DNA from: Octopus vulgaris
Taxonomy: Eukaryota
Assembly (NCBI GenBank): GCA_951406725.2
Contig: OX597834.1
Span: 5,146,001 to 5,210,000, forward strand
Direction: 5' to 3'
DNA length: 64,000 bases
The notes below the pieces were generated by a model. The model had not been told where the DNA came from, did not search any database, and saw nothing but the letters and a program-made list of their open reading frames with translations. Shown piece by piece: positions 1 to 12,731 of the stretch. The translations under genes were made by a program, and so were the position numbers. The first letter of the stretch is position 1. The number at the start of each line of letters is the position of its first letter.

Positions 1-610
1 CTTATTTTTGTGTTTCTAGTGTAACCTTATTTTTTCATATATCTTTTGTTTGGTGGGAATTTTCCTCTGGACCCTCTATTTCTCCGAGTACTTTTGTCAA
101 AATAGTGTATTTTTTCTTCATCTAAACCTGCTTCTTGTGCATCCCTAATGTTTGTGATTCCATTTATCGTTTGATTTAATTCTAATTCTTCTGTAACTGT
201 TACCTCGAATGTCCGCGACTTCTGTCTCTTCGCTGAAATCTTCCTCATCTGGTCCATATTCAATCTTTCTTCTGATCGCAGAAATTTCAATTTCAGTTAT
301 CCGTTTATTAGTTCTAATTTCTCCAGCCTGGTCAACTAACCTTTGATATGTGACCTTAAAAATGACCCTTTTATTCTCATATTTGCTTGCTTCAGCCTTT
401 GTTTGTAACCTCTCCGATTTGGTTCATTTCTCAAACACCTGATTGACTTCCTTTTTTCCATTTTCCTTCTGGTCAGTAATTTGATGTCGACGACCTGTAG
501 AAACCTGTCCAGCGTATCCATGTATGCCACATAGGGTGGAGGGTGACCTTCGAGGTCATTGGTTCCAGCCCCACTTGCATTATTATTTGTTAGAAATGTA
601 TTTATCATTT
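1..610 (-). mobile_element. Possible degraded LTR-retrotransposon gag-like fragment
   Basis: Two adjacent minus-strand ORFs (336-608, 27-290). The segment KFLRSEERLNMDQMRK...ELELNQTINGITNIRDAQE loosely follows the Gypsy gag pattern CxFxxxxEExIRDQ...LxLxKxIxIxxxxE. By-eye similarity only. Confidence 0.25.
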
Positions 611-1759
611 ACATGAGTACTTCAGTTTCGTAGAGTCTTTCCTTCCCTTAGTATTTTTACCAAGTACCATATCTAGGAAGAATGTCGATATGACACAAGA
701 GCTCATCCGATTCATACTATGGTTGTTATTTTCTGCCACGGCATCAACCCACAATATTTATAATATAAAGGATTAGTTACATTTTGAAGATTTCTTTCTC
801 TCTCTCTCTCTCTCTCTATGTACCTCTCTCTCTCTCTCTCTTGGAAAATACACTTTCACCAGGGATTTGCTAAACAGCGCCAGCCCATTTACTCCCGTAA
901 TAAAGAAAGGAAGACCCTTATTGCCGGATCGCCGCTCACTCTACTGAGTTCATTCGTCCTTTGACCGGATTTGTGTTCCTTCCAGTAGGGCATCGAACAA
1001 AACTACCCGCCACATCAAATTAGCTTGGTATGGATGTCTGTTTTGTTGCAGACCATGCAACAGGTTGTTTTGAGCCACACGTTACCATTAACTTGAAGAA
1101 TGACATGACATCATTATTACTATTGTTGTTGTTGATGTTATTCCGTTCAAAAATAATTCGGGAGATTTCATCCCATTTCTTCAGGTTACGGCAGTGATCA
1201 TCAAGGCGTAATTTACGAGAAAAATTCCTGAACGATATGTTTCATTATAGTTTGATCTAACACCACCTTCTTGGATATTACCTAAGATTGCAAGACAGGC
1301 ATGCAAAAATAAAATGGTTAACTGGCGTGGTTCAACATATCCACAGATTTGGGAGTCTTTCAGACCAAATTACAAAATTAATGTTTGGAATTAATAAAAA
1401 AAATGCTTCAATTTTTCCTGCTCATTGTAATGATATGATTCACAGAAAATGTGTAATAAAGGCCATATTTAGAGAGGAATGAATATACACGATCGATATC
1501 TCATCATTATAAGGAAGGGAGTTAGAAAGAAGAAAATAATTTATTTGATTTCCATTAAACATATGTTTCCTTACAGTCGAAAAGTTCATATTTCATTTGA
1601 TACGTTTCATAGGCAGAAATAAATATCACATTTATAAAATGCATAATGTTAAGTTTAATTATTGCTTTTTAAATAACATGGCCACCCAGATAGCACGCTA
1701 CAACGCAAACGACACTTCAACCCAGCTTACATTAACTGTTGCATCAGCTGATATCAGTG

Positions 1760-2470
1760 CTAAGCGTCTTGCGCAGCAGAACAAGTTAATCTGGTTTTAA
1801 GAAAATCTATCGTTGAACTGACTGACAGAAGCCCTTATTCAAACTGATGAAATATACGCGTCGGAAAGGCAACGACGTCGAAAGAAGACACTTTCAGTAT
1901 ATCTAGTCTTTTAGTGCAAGAGAAGGAAATCTCCACATATCATTCTATTTTTATCTGGAGCAAACAGCGACAGAAACATAATTTGATTAACCAGAAACAG
2001 CGTTTATGGTTATTTACCAGAAGACTGAAAGAGAAGCCGTAATGATAAAAGTTCCTCTATTCCGAAACCTTACGTATTCACACAAAATTCTGTGACTTTT
2101 GAAAATTATGAATAATATACAACACCTAAGAGAGTTCTCCATTACCTAATTTAATTTTAAAACCACTGGTTGATTACAACAATTCATAATCAATGCATCA
2201 GAGTTCAATAATAAAATTTATTACCAGTAGAATAGGAAGACGAACGCTATCATCATTTATAGGTATAGGTATCATCATCTGTAGATATAGAATTTTAAAG
2301 AAAATTTTTTTCCGTATGCCCTTCGTTTCTTTGACTAATTGGACTCTATTACTTGATATGGAAATTGTTATAGGTTCAAAGAATATTTATTTTTAAATAA
2401 AGGGTGACGGAATTTGTTTGTTAGACTAGATGTATGTGCAAAAACATGTTTGGTATATAGCATCATACAT
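1760..2470 (-). mobile_element. Possible highly degraded DNA-transposon (Academ-like) coding relic
   Basis: Minus-strand peptides DAIYQTCF..Y*SNKQIP, FFKILYLQ..IND and FISLNKGFCQS occur in the order I recall for invertebrate Academ-type proteins (DAxYHxxC..KQIP / FLKVxxYL..ND / SLxxxGFCxS). Many stops and frameshifts. Confidence 0.25.
2275..2466 (+). repeat. ~190-bp direct repeat, copy 1 (copy 2 at 3722-3912)
   Basis: tcatctgtag...tttggtatatagcatcat is present at both loci with scattered substitutions. Confidence 0.9.
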
Positions 2471-3023
2471 GATATCCTATAAGTTTACGATGATGCTGGC
2501 AAACTTTTTGGGTGGGTTGAAATATTGACTATATTGAGTATTTCTAATGCAAATGAAACTAACTTTTTGCTACACAGCTGTATTGTCGATCTTAATTTAT
2601 ATTATAAAGGAATTACTACTAAATTGCAGTCTGAATATTCGCACGGTGAAGGTAAAATTAAATATTCTATTTCAAATCTTTTAACTTATGTACTACACTC
2701 TACGTACAACCGGAAATTATATTTCCTCTTTATTACCCAGTTCAACAATCTTTAACATTTTCTATTGTTATTCCTTCCAGGTAACTATCACTAAGTGTTT
2801 TAGCCAAATGTCCTTTCTGCCAATAATAAACTGCTGTTAAACGATGCTGGATCCGTTAACATTCCACTCAATAAGGCGAAACCAAATTACTGAGTTTAAC
2901 ATCGCACATTTTTGCAATGAGTATATTATGAGTTTCACAAAAGTATGCTCTCCCTAAGTGAATATTTGAAGAATTTATCACATTCCTGACAATATATTTT
3001 AATATTTACATTTTCCCATAAAC

Positions 3024-3032
3024 TTATATATA

Positions 3033-3068
<36 letters not shown>

Positions 3069-3126
3069 TGTATGTATGTATGTATGTATGTATGTATGTA
3101 TGTATGTATGTATGTATGTATGTATG

Positions 3127-3155
<29 letters not shown>
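3024..3155. repeat. (TA)n/(TATG)n microsatellite
   Basis: Directly visible. Confidence 0.98.
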
Positions 3156-3157
<2 letters not shown>

Positions 3158-3721
3158 GTAGACAATATATCGGATTTCAGAAGTTACAGGTAATTTTACT
3201 ATATGGATTGGAAACTCTGTGGGTACAAATTTGTTTCTGTGTAGTCATGACTACACAGTATCGAGCCGTGAACGATTTGCACATGAAAAAAGTGTGAAAT
3301 CCATGCAAATTATTTGGGAAACAATAGCAATTAAAGGATCGAAACTTTCTGGCTAAATTGTTGGACACATTTTCTTTGAATGAAGAATAGAATCCCATTT
3401 TGTATTTCTAGGCACAATTTGATCTTTTAGCTACGTCTGCATCATCGTAATATATTTTCAATAATGTAAGAGTTACTATGACAGTTTATTTCTATTAGCT
3501 TTAAAATACAAAACTTGAGAAGTTATTACAACGTAAAATCTATTTTTCACTTATCATTTCAAGGACATCAACTCGCTTAAGGAAAGAATATCTTTCAAAA
3601 CATGGGACATTTAGGATATTTCATTTATGATTGATTTAAAATTAATATCAAAATCCTTCTTATATGTACAAGAGGCAAAAGCTTTTGTTTCACACTCTAT
3701 AAGTCTCTAAAAGCATTAATC

Positions 3722-3912
3722 TCATCTGTAGGTATAGAATTTTAAAGAAAACATTTTCCGTATGCCCTTCGTTTCTTTGACTAGTTGTGGTCTATTACTT
3801 GATATGGAAATTGTTATAGATTCAAAGAATATTTATTTTTAAATCAAGGGTGACGGAATTTGTTTGTTAGACTAGATATATGTGCAAAAACCTGTTTGGT
3901 ATATAGCATCAT
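3722..3912 (+). repeat. ~190-bp direct repeat, copy 2
   Basis: Aligns to 2275-2466. Confidence 0.9.
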
Positions 3913-5626
3913 TCTCATCCTGTTGATACAGCAAGCTAGAGAGTGAGACGTCTGAGATGTTGCATTAGCTAAACCTAGCGTTGGCAATAGTAATATCACG
4001 TAAATAATGAAATGCGTTGAAGAACTTTCCAAATATATAAACGATTTTTCTAGAAATTCTTTATAAAACGTACGATTATTCCAAAAATATCTTTATCATA
4101 TGTTGTGCTTCTCCCGTCCCATCTCATTTCAGGTTAATGATTAGAGGATAGGTAAGAAAAAATAAAACAAAATATTAGCCAAGAAGCCATTCTTTAGTCG
4201 CAGGTTAAACCAAGGGTGTGGACGAAGTCCGCCAGACTCACCTTTGTCTGCACAAGCGTGCACCCGAGCTTGAATTTAATTTTAATATTGCCAATAACAC
4301 TTGAAGTCTATTGTATCTTTGTGTTGTAAATCTGGGAAAAGTTTGTCACATTTCAACATTTCGATGACATTTCACCTTCTCCGTAACGCTCTGCAATCTT
4401 ATGACATTAAAAAGGAAGCCATCAATACTCTAAGTTCGTGTGGCACCACATTTGTTCTGCAAGAATACTCCAGTCGGAAATAAGTCCACTGTGTTAAATA
4501 ATTCAATAAGTCTACAACGAAGGAATAACTTCATAATATACAACTTTATTTAATCTTATAAACTAAATTCCAATATTTTGTTACATTTTCGACCGGACTT
4601 CATATTGCCTCTAGATCGAAACAGGAAAATTGTTGTAAAAACATTGTCTGGTGTGCAATAGGTCAACAAACAGTTTTTTATTTGTATTTTTTGTATTTTA
4701 TTTTTATACAACTTTTCTGTTATTTTAAAAATATATTTTATATTTTAGTTTCAGAATAGCATTCTTTCCCACTGGTGATGAAAATAAAATAGAAATAAAC
4801 TTTGTGTATCTAACATCAAAAATATGAGTGAACTGTCCTCAAAACGACGTGCGTCTTTCTTTTACAGTAATTCTTACTAACAACGACAACAACATCATCA
4901 TCAGCAGCAGCAGCAGCATTAGCAACAACAATAATAATAATAATAATAATAATAATAATCATCATCATCATTATTATCATTATTATTATTATTTGTTAGT
5001 TTGATTATATCAGTTGTTCTGAACTAAAACAATGATCTTCTCATCTGAGACGAACCGATTTCAAGAGACCGTTGTTGTCAAGGCTATTGTTTACACAGAA
5101 ATATTGATGTCCCAAACTTAAAGTCGGTGTTTTTACAAAAAAAAAAAACGTCCATGAAAGAGACAACAACAACCCCCGCCGTCGACCCCCATGACCATAA
5201 GAACATCTGACAAGTCTGCCAACATACGAACAAAAGAAAATATCACGTGCTATAAAATGCAAAAAAAAAAAAATAATAATAACATCCACAGTAAAAACAA
5301 TAAAAGAAGCAACACAATCGGATAGAAGGCAAAAGCATCAACACACTCATCCAAACATACGAGCTGTAACCGTGATTAGCTCCAGCTTCGTAAATAACAA
5401 ATATCGCAGTAAAACAGAAATGATACAAATGAAAGAATAGGGCTTTGTGAAACTCGTTTCCAAATTCCTGCTGAACACTAAAAACCTCATCGAGTATTTC
5501 GGAGGAAACCGGTGAATTAGAGGGGACAAATGATGTTTAGGGTAGTATTTTTATGGCCCAGTTGCAAACAGATTTACACAACCCCATGAGTGGATTACGT
5601 GTACCTCGTCAAGACTATTCTATATA

Positions 5627-5745
5627 ACCATCCTCAATTTGTTTTTCTAAGAGATAAGAGCCATTCTCAGAACAGTAAAACCATCCTCAATTTATTTTTC
5701 TAAGAGATATAACCATTCTCAGAATAGATATCGCCATTCTCAGAA
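5627..5745. repeat. Short tandem duplication (~53-bp unit plus partial copies of ccattctcagaa)
   Basis: aaccatcctcaattt.tttttctaagagata occurs twice and ccattctcagaa three times. Confidence 0.85.
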
Positions 5746-6194
5746 ATAAAAGTGATTTATGTTAGGATTCGAGGAAAAGCCACTTGTTCAACAATTTCAA
5801 AACACTTGATATACATATCGGATCTGTCACAGACAGGAAGAATGCGCTTTTACAACAACGTTGGTTTTCTTTGCCTTCAAAACGAAGAGAAGTAGGAAAG
5901 GAAAAAGGGTCACATACACTAGCAAGCACAACTTTAACAAGAGTAGCAGAACCCAAAAGATGTTTCGAGTGAAGCATTGGGAGCAAATTTGATGAAAGCG
6001 GAAGCAATTATCGGTTCTCAGTTCTCCACATTAATGGCCAGGTAGAGTACGGAGAAGAAGAGGCGGGCCGGGGTCTCTTCACAAACATACAGCAAGCCAA
6101 ATGACATTGATGCAATACAGCCTTAATTTTCCTAACCCTTCCGTCTCTGACCCCCAATACTAGGCTATTTACAGCTCTCTTTTATTCTATTTGT

Positions 6195-6578
6195 GGAGAC
6201 GCAATGGCCCAGTGGTTAGGGCAGCGGACTCGCGGTCATAGGATCGCGGTTTCGATTCCCAGACTGGGCGTTGTGAGTGTTTATTGAGCGAAAACACCTA
6301 AAAGCTCCACGATGCTCCGGCAGGGGATGGTGGTGATCCCTGCTGTACTCTTTCACCACAATTTTCTCTCACTCTTACTTCCTGTTTCTGTTGTACCTGT
6401 ATTTCAAAGGGCCGGCTTTGTCACTCTCAGTGTCATGCTGAATATCCCCGAGAACTACGTTAAGGGTGCACGTGTCTGTGGAGTGCTCAGCCACTTACAC
6501 GTTAATTTCACGAGCAGGCTGTTCAGTTGATTCGGATCAACCGGAACCCTCGTCGTCGTAACCGACGGAGTGCTTCCA
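6195..6578 (+). mobile_element. tRNA-derived SINE, family C, full length
   Basis: Pol III A box TGGCCCAGTGG and B box GGTTTCGATTCCC. Near-identical second copy at 60165-60547 (minus). Confidence 0.9.
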
Positions 6579-7176
6579 TCCATTCTAAGACACTCCCTGG
6601 ATTTCCACCGCACCCATTTTTTTGTATTTTTTATGTTTCTTTTACCACTGTACTGTGCGGTTATACTAATTTTTATAACGTGGGACAGCAATGGAATTCA
6701 TACGCACCCCCACCATCACTTCTTCTAACTTATATCACTTTCTCTCTGTTTTCCTCTCTCTAATCTTTGACGCTTAATTCCATCTTCCACCCCTTTTCCA
6801 GCAGTTACAAAATTACTACAATTTCCATTTCATCCTTTTAGTAATTAACCATTTCCTTTCATTATGCTTTACCCTTTCTCAGCAACTCGCATAGTCACTC
6901 CCTCTTCCCCCTTTCTCTCTTCCTTCCATTCTCTCTACCTCCCTTTCTCTCTTTTTCTCTTCTCTTCTGTCATCTTTTCTAAGTTCTGGTGGTACTTTAG
7001 CCTCTCCGTCTTGGAGCTATTAACCAAGCACTCAGGACACTTTGTAACGGGATTGCCCTTACGAAGGGCATCGATCCGCTGGAACCAGGACAAAACAGAT
7101 GTATAGAAGTACAATAAAGTCGGCCTACAAGTCTGATCGTATCGAGCTGACCAATCCAAGCCAGCATAAAAAGCGG

Positions 7177-7210
<34 letters not shown>

Positions 7211-7627
7211 CCTATGTATATCTATACCATTATGCATCCCCCCTTCTCCTCCTCCTCCTTCTTCTTCTTCCCTACCAAGAATTCACTTGGACCTCGAACC
7301 CACAAGAGTAAACAAGAGAGACAGAGAAAGGCAGAAACAAGGAAAATGCCTCTTATATTTGAACACTATACAAATATTCTTTTAAAAAAACTTTTCTTTT
7401 AATTCTTCTAAATTGAATTATTTAATCGTTACAGTTGAAAAGGTCTCAAATGACTGAAACCGGTACTGAAATGTTCTTTATAAAATTAATTTAGCATTTT
7501 CTATCTCGACTTGTTTTTTCATAACCCTCCTTCTTCCCTTCTTTCCTGAGCGTCCAATAATACTATATTTGTTCCACGTCCTCGCGTTGCTGTGTTTTTT
7601 TTTGTGTTTTCTTGTTTGGATTAACTT
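7211..7627 (+). mobile_element. Penelope-like element 3' fragment/pLTR between microsatellites
   Basis: Flanked by (TG)n and (TA/CA)n. Contains a hammerhead motif at 7432-7468. Confidence 0.55.
7432..7468 (+). ncRNA. Minimal type I hammerhead ribozyme, U3:A8 core variant
   Basis: CAG-UUGAAAA-GGUC(ucaaau)GACU-GAAA-CCGG-UA-CUG: stem I CAG/CUG, stem II GGUC/GACU, palindromic stem III CCGG, GUA cleavage triplet. Confidence 0.65.
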
Positions 7628-7656
7628 TATACACACACATATATATATATATAAAA

Positions 7657-7751
<95 letters not shown>

Positions 7752-7875
7752 TTATAATTTCTAAATATCTCAAAGAGATATTTAGAAATTTAATATTTCT
7801 GTTATATATATATATATATAACAGCAAATATCTCAAAGTGGTGGAACGATAGACCGGCTGTATACTGTCAACTTA

Positions 7876-7924
<49 letters not shown>

Positions 7925-8131
7925 CAAAAAAATGGAAAAAAAATGAATCACACCCCCTAGACAGTCTATTTAGACCCTAGTCGAAGCATCGACACTTCCT
8001 GTCGGCTTTGACACAATTTTCTGTGTCCTTATTTTGAATTAACAAATGTGTGTGTCAAGCACCCTAATAGCGGTGGTGTGATTCCGTTTATGGGACTGTC
8101 ACGTTAACGTTGACAAACTGCTCTCTGTATG

Positions 8132-8192
<61 letters not shown>

Positions 8193-8342
8193 AAGTCGTG
8201 TGTTGACACCACAGATATTGTTATAGGAAGCATCGACATTCCTGTCGGCTTTGACACATTTACTGTGTCCTTAACACACGCACTATATATAGTGCGTGTG
8301 TTTTTATGGGACTGTCACGTTAAGTATGACAACTGCTCTCTG

Positions 8343-8416
<74 letters not shown>

Positions 8417-8560
8417 TGTATGTATGTATGTATGTATGTATGTATGTACGTACGTACGTATGTATGTATGAATGTATGTATGTATGAATGTATGTATGTA
8501 TGTATGTATATATGTATGTATGTATGTACGTATGTAAGTATGTATGTATGCATTTATATG
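7628..8560. repeat. Compound (CA)n/(TA)n/(TATG)n cluster with embedded related fragments (7984-8130 and 8228-8345 direct; 7866-7881 inverted)
   Basis: aagcatcgaca..tcctgtcggctttgacaca...tatgggactgtcacgttaa...ctgctctctgtatg is repeated. tgtcaacttaacgtga is the reverse complement of its end. Confidence 0.8.
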
Positions 8561-9120
8561 GATGCATATATATTATACGCCGTATATTACTCATTACTGT
8601 TCGATCTAATGTAATTATATGAAAACGTAAAATTAATATTTGCGGGATCTGAGATCCGAATTTAGAATGACGAAAATATATAAAACTAAGGCCTCTTTCG
8701 GTGGTGGTGGTGGTGGTGGTGGTGGTGGTGATGGTAGCGGTGTCGGTAGTGGTGGTGTGGTGTGGTATGATGATGGTGAAAATCGTTGACGATGCAAGCA
8801 AAGTGCGCAAAATATAGACATATTTTGGTAATGTAATTTTCTCTGGTCTAACTTAGTTGATGCTCGGGGCCAATTTTCCCTCCCCGACCCCACTAAATTC
8901 ACTTGAAAATGACTGTTTTTTTTCTTTCGTTGCAGCAATCAGTAGACTCTGATATATTATGTTGAAATGGGTAATTTTCTTCAATTATTGTAACGCAATT
9001 TTAATGCAATTAAAATCAAAGAAACTTTTTTCCTGTTTCCGCGTATTTGGTGGTGTATGTGTTTATATCTGTAGATAAGTGTAAATAAATGAGTTTGTAT
9101 GGTAGTGTATATATATATAC

Positions 9121-9219
<99 letters not shown>

Positions 9220-10159
9220 CACACACATATATATATATATATGCATAAGTGTGTATGTTTGTGTATGTTTGTGTATGTGTGTTTGCATTTAGGTATGTAT
9301 GTTCTCTTCGTAGAGTGACTGAATGAGAAACGGGATCGATATATCATGAGCAAAAGTAAAATGCATTAATGATTCAACGTGCTTGACTATAATTTTAGTA
9401 TAATAATACACAGGGTTTCATGTTTTTTTTGTTTGTTTGTGCATACTTCCAATGGCGAATGATATTCTTTTGCAGTCCGTTTGTGTCCTTTGCATAAACA
9501 ATAAATAAATACTGAAAGAAAGATAATATAAGGTTTATATACCGGTCTCGAAATGGTTGGTATATGAATAAAAGGTTTGCGCTAATCTATATTACACTAA
9601 GCTCTTGTTTGTGCCACTGAACAACCAGTCTATAAGCAGTATACTAGCCCTGCAAAAGGTATAAGCCAAATTCCACTTAAATCACATCTCTGGGATTGTC
9701 GTGTCTAAAGAAGAAAGTACATTGGGAATAACGTAGTTTGTAATATCCTAAAGAACCTGATCGTTATGTCTCTTCAGAACCGAGCTGTCAGTTACCGACA
9801 GCAGCACGTTTTGGACATAAATAAGTATTATTGTAAAGTCATCTTCCCCTTAATTTTTGTACAACAGAGCCACATCTCCAGTGTAACTTATGGTTCGTAT
9901 CCATAGCAAATAAATTTCCTGCTCTGACGAGTAGAGTCATTATAAGTTTAAGCCACAATCCTTTCCGACCTACTACGCCTTTTGATCAAAAGCGATTCAC
10001 CCATCACCTTCAACTATCGTTTCGTGTTACAGACACTACACTTCCAATATAATTTTCAGGTAGTAAATGTAATCTGACTGTTATATTTAGCAAGTCGATT
10101 GGGCGTGTTCATACGCTTTAATTGGTTCTTTAAGACAAATATTAAACTATATATATATA

Positions 10160-10286
10160 TACGACAGGCTTCTTTCAGTTTCCGTCTACCAAGTCCACTC
10201 ACAAGGCTTTGGTCGGCCCGAGGCTACAGCAGAAGACACTTGCCCAAGATACCACGCAATGGGACTGAACTCGGAACCATGTGGTA
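10160..10286 (-). mobile_element. SINE family A, partial
   Basis: Matches the family A 5' half (acgacaggcttc...gaaccatgtggt). Confidence 0.9.
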
Positions 10287-10864
10287 AGCCTACAATAATA
10301 TCATTAGTGTCATAGTATTTAACTTGTATTGTCTACAGATGGACAGATTCGCGCTATTTGTCACAGACATGTCTTCAATTTTCACACTGTAGTTTGTTAG
10401 TGAATATTTTTGGCTATTTCTTCCTTCCAAGATCATTATAAAAAATAAGAAATTTCCAAAATAATTTGTTTGCAAACTGCTGTTTGTCATCATATATTAT
10501 GTCATAATTATGATGAAATATGTTCTCAGTGCTAAGTTTTCACCTGGTGATTTCCAAAGAAACTGCGTTTCTGAGTGACAATCCCAGATGATCAAATCAA
10601 AATAGGCTTCACAAAATATCAATAAAATATCACTGGTTTAAATCATATCGCTAGTTTTGAACGTATCAATAGGCTTCACAATAAATTATTGCTAAATTAC
10701 CCGTTTTATACCCATTTCTGTCACCAGTTTACTCAAACCGCAAAACCCTTTCCAATCTGAATCATATTATTTCCCCAAAACTTCGTTTAGTTGTATTTAT
10801 TGCAGTTATCTTAGTTTCTTTTTGCTTTTATTTTCAGATTTTGATCAGACGCAGATTTTGAATA

Positions 10865-11026
10865 GGTGCAGGAGTGGCTGTGTGGTAAGTAGCTTGCGTA
10901 TGAACCACATGGTTCCGGGTTCAGTCCCACTGCGTGGTATCTTGGGCAAGTGTCTTCTGCTGTAGCCTCGGGCCGACGAAAGCCTTGTGAGTGGACTTGG
11001 TAGACGGAAACTGAAAGACGCCTGTC

Positions 11027-11064
<38 letters not shown>

Positions 11065-11275
11065 ATGTGTTTGTGCGTCTGTGTTTGTCCCCCTAGCATT
11101 GCTTGACAACCGATGCTGGTGTGTTTACGTCCCCGTCACTTAGCGGTTCGGCAAAAGAGACCGATAGAATAAGTACTGGGCTTACGAAAGAATAAGTCCC
11201 GGGGTCGAGTTGCTCGATTAAAGGTGGTGCTCCAGCATGGCCGCAGTCAAATGACTGAAACAAGTAAAAGAGTAT
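10865..11275 (+). mobile_element. tRNA-derived SINE family A, full length (CORE-like segment, internal microsatellite, (AAAAGAGT)n tail)
   Basis: A box TGGCTGTGTGG, B box GGTTCAGTCCC, then CTTGGGCAAGT (CORE-SINE-like), internal (TA)n(TG)n and tail CAGTCAAATGACTGAAACAAGTAAAAGAGTA. More than 12 copies in the window. Confidence 0.93.
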
Positions 11276-11618
11276 ATATATTTATAGTAAAAGAGACGTA
11301 AACGTAGTTTTCGGTTCTTACTTCAGAGATACTCGCTGGTAATATTACAGAAAACATCTACTCCGTATCTAATATACGCCAGACATTACCATACGGATAT
11401 TTCTTCAACGGAACGCTCACCTGAAATTTCTCTGTCACTTCTTTGTTGACGCTCAAAATAATAAGTGTCACTCGTTTTCGTCTTTTTCACTCTAATGCAC
11501 TCTATTTCCGCTACTTTCAATTGTTGGTTCTAGGATCAAGATCCATTCCTGTAGGCATCACCTTTATTTCCTAATAATTTCTCTCGGCTGATATTATTTG
11601 AGTTATTTCCTTTATTTG

Positions 11619-11977
11619 CTCTTTACTCATTTTACTCTCTTTTACTTGTTTCAGCCATTTGACTTTGGCCATGCTGGAGCACTGCCATTTAGTCGAGCAA
11701 ATCGACCCCAGAACTTATTCTTTGTAAGCCTAGTACTTATTCTATCGGTCTCTTTTACCGAACCGCTAAGTTACGGGGACATAAACACACCAGCATCAGT
11801 TGTCAAGTAATGCTAGGGGGACAAACACAGACACACAAACACACACACATATATACATATATACGACAGGCTTCTTTTGTCAAGCGATGTTGGTGAGACA
11901 TATATATATACGATGGGCTTCTTTCAGTTTCCGTCTACCAAATCCACTCACAAGGCTTTGGTCGGCCCGAGGCTATG
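11619..11977 (-). mobile_element. SINE family A, 5'-truncated with internal duplication
   Basis: Family A sequence in which tgtcaag...cgac.ggcttc is repeated. Confidence 0.9.
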
Positions 11978-12451
11978 CCACAGAACCTATCAATACTAGT
12001 AACCATTAAGTATTATCCTGCCTTCATAAAAATATATATGAAATAAATCAAGCAATATCAATATACATCATTAGCATAAACCATGAAATAAAAACGTGTT
12101 CAAGCTTAAGAGATTGGAAGACGCTTCAGAATAAAAAGACAAGTAAAATAGATACAAAAAAGCATATCAAAAATGCATTCCCATCTTCAGCTGTCTAACA
12201 GATACCACTATCATTTCAACACCTAGACAGTATCAACTGGCGGTATCAACAGCATCTAAAGCATAAATGCTGCCTGGAAATTCAAAAGACAAGCGGCCGG
12301 GGTGAAATATTAGCGTAATATACGCTTTACGCCGACACCTGCATTATATCACGCTTAACAACATCGAATAACACGCTGAAAACTCGAGATATTTTTCACT
12401 CTTTTAGCAGTCTTTCGTGAAGCTCGGTAAGTGGGAATTGGCATTATATAC

Positions 12452-12487
<36 letters not shown>

Positions 12488-12523
12488 ATCTGATAGCCTG
12501 GTCGGTCGGTCACGGTGATTACG

Positions 12524-12575
<52 letters not shown>

Positions 12576-12704
12576 TGTGTGTGTGTATGCGTGATAACGG
12601 ATTTGTGCAATAACGTAACACTGATTATATAAATGTCTGATTTATTGAATCCCTTACTATAATACTTTGCACAATATTGAATAGGCTTATTATATCTAAT
12701 ATAT

Positions 12705-12731
12705 CAGCCCTGTGTGGCTAATAAAAGAAAG
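12705..12731 (+). mobile_element. 27-nt 5'-truncated retroposon tail with 15-bp TSD
   Basis: cagccctgtgtggctaataaaagaaag is flanked by ttatatctaatatat at 12690-12704 and 12732-12746. It resembles the SINE B tail. Confidence 0.7.

Noticed and set aside
1840-1872. CTGATGA...GAAA hammerhead candidate
   Set aside because: No stem II or stem I pairing.
5762-5860. Possible second GIY-YIG remnant (RIRGKATCSTISKHLIYI..QTGR)
   Set aside because: It lacks CxxC and YIG, and is too weak without a search.
6195-6270. tRNA gene
   Set aside because: The A/B boxes are the head of SINE C. It continues into a ~310-bp body shared with the 60-kb copy and has no proper acceptor stem.
7445-7460. 15-nt match (tcaaatgactgaaac) between the hammerhead stem II/GAAA and the SINE A tail, suggesting the SINE tail is a ribozyme
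   Set aside because: The SINE tail has no CUGANGA-type core or stem I, so I treated the match as coincidence.
12120-12195. Minus-strand CTGAAGA...GAAG motif (also 38110-38140)
   Set aside because: The core and stems are too degenerate to call.
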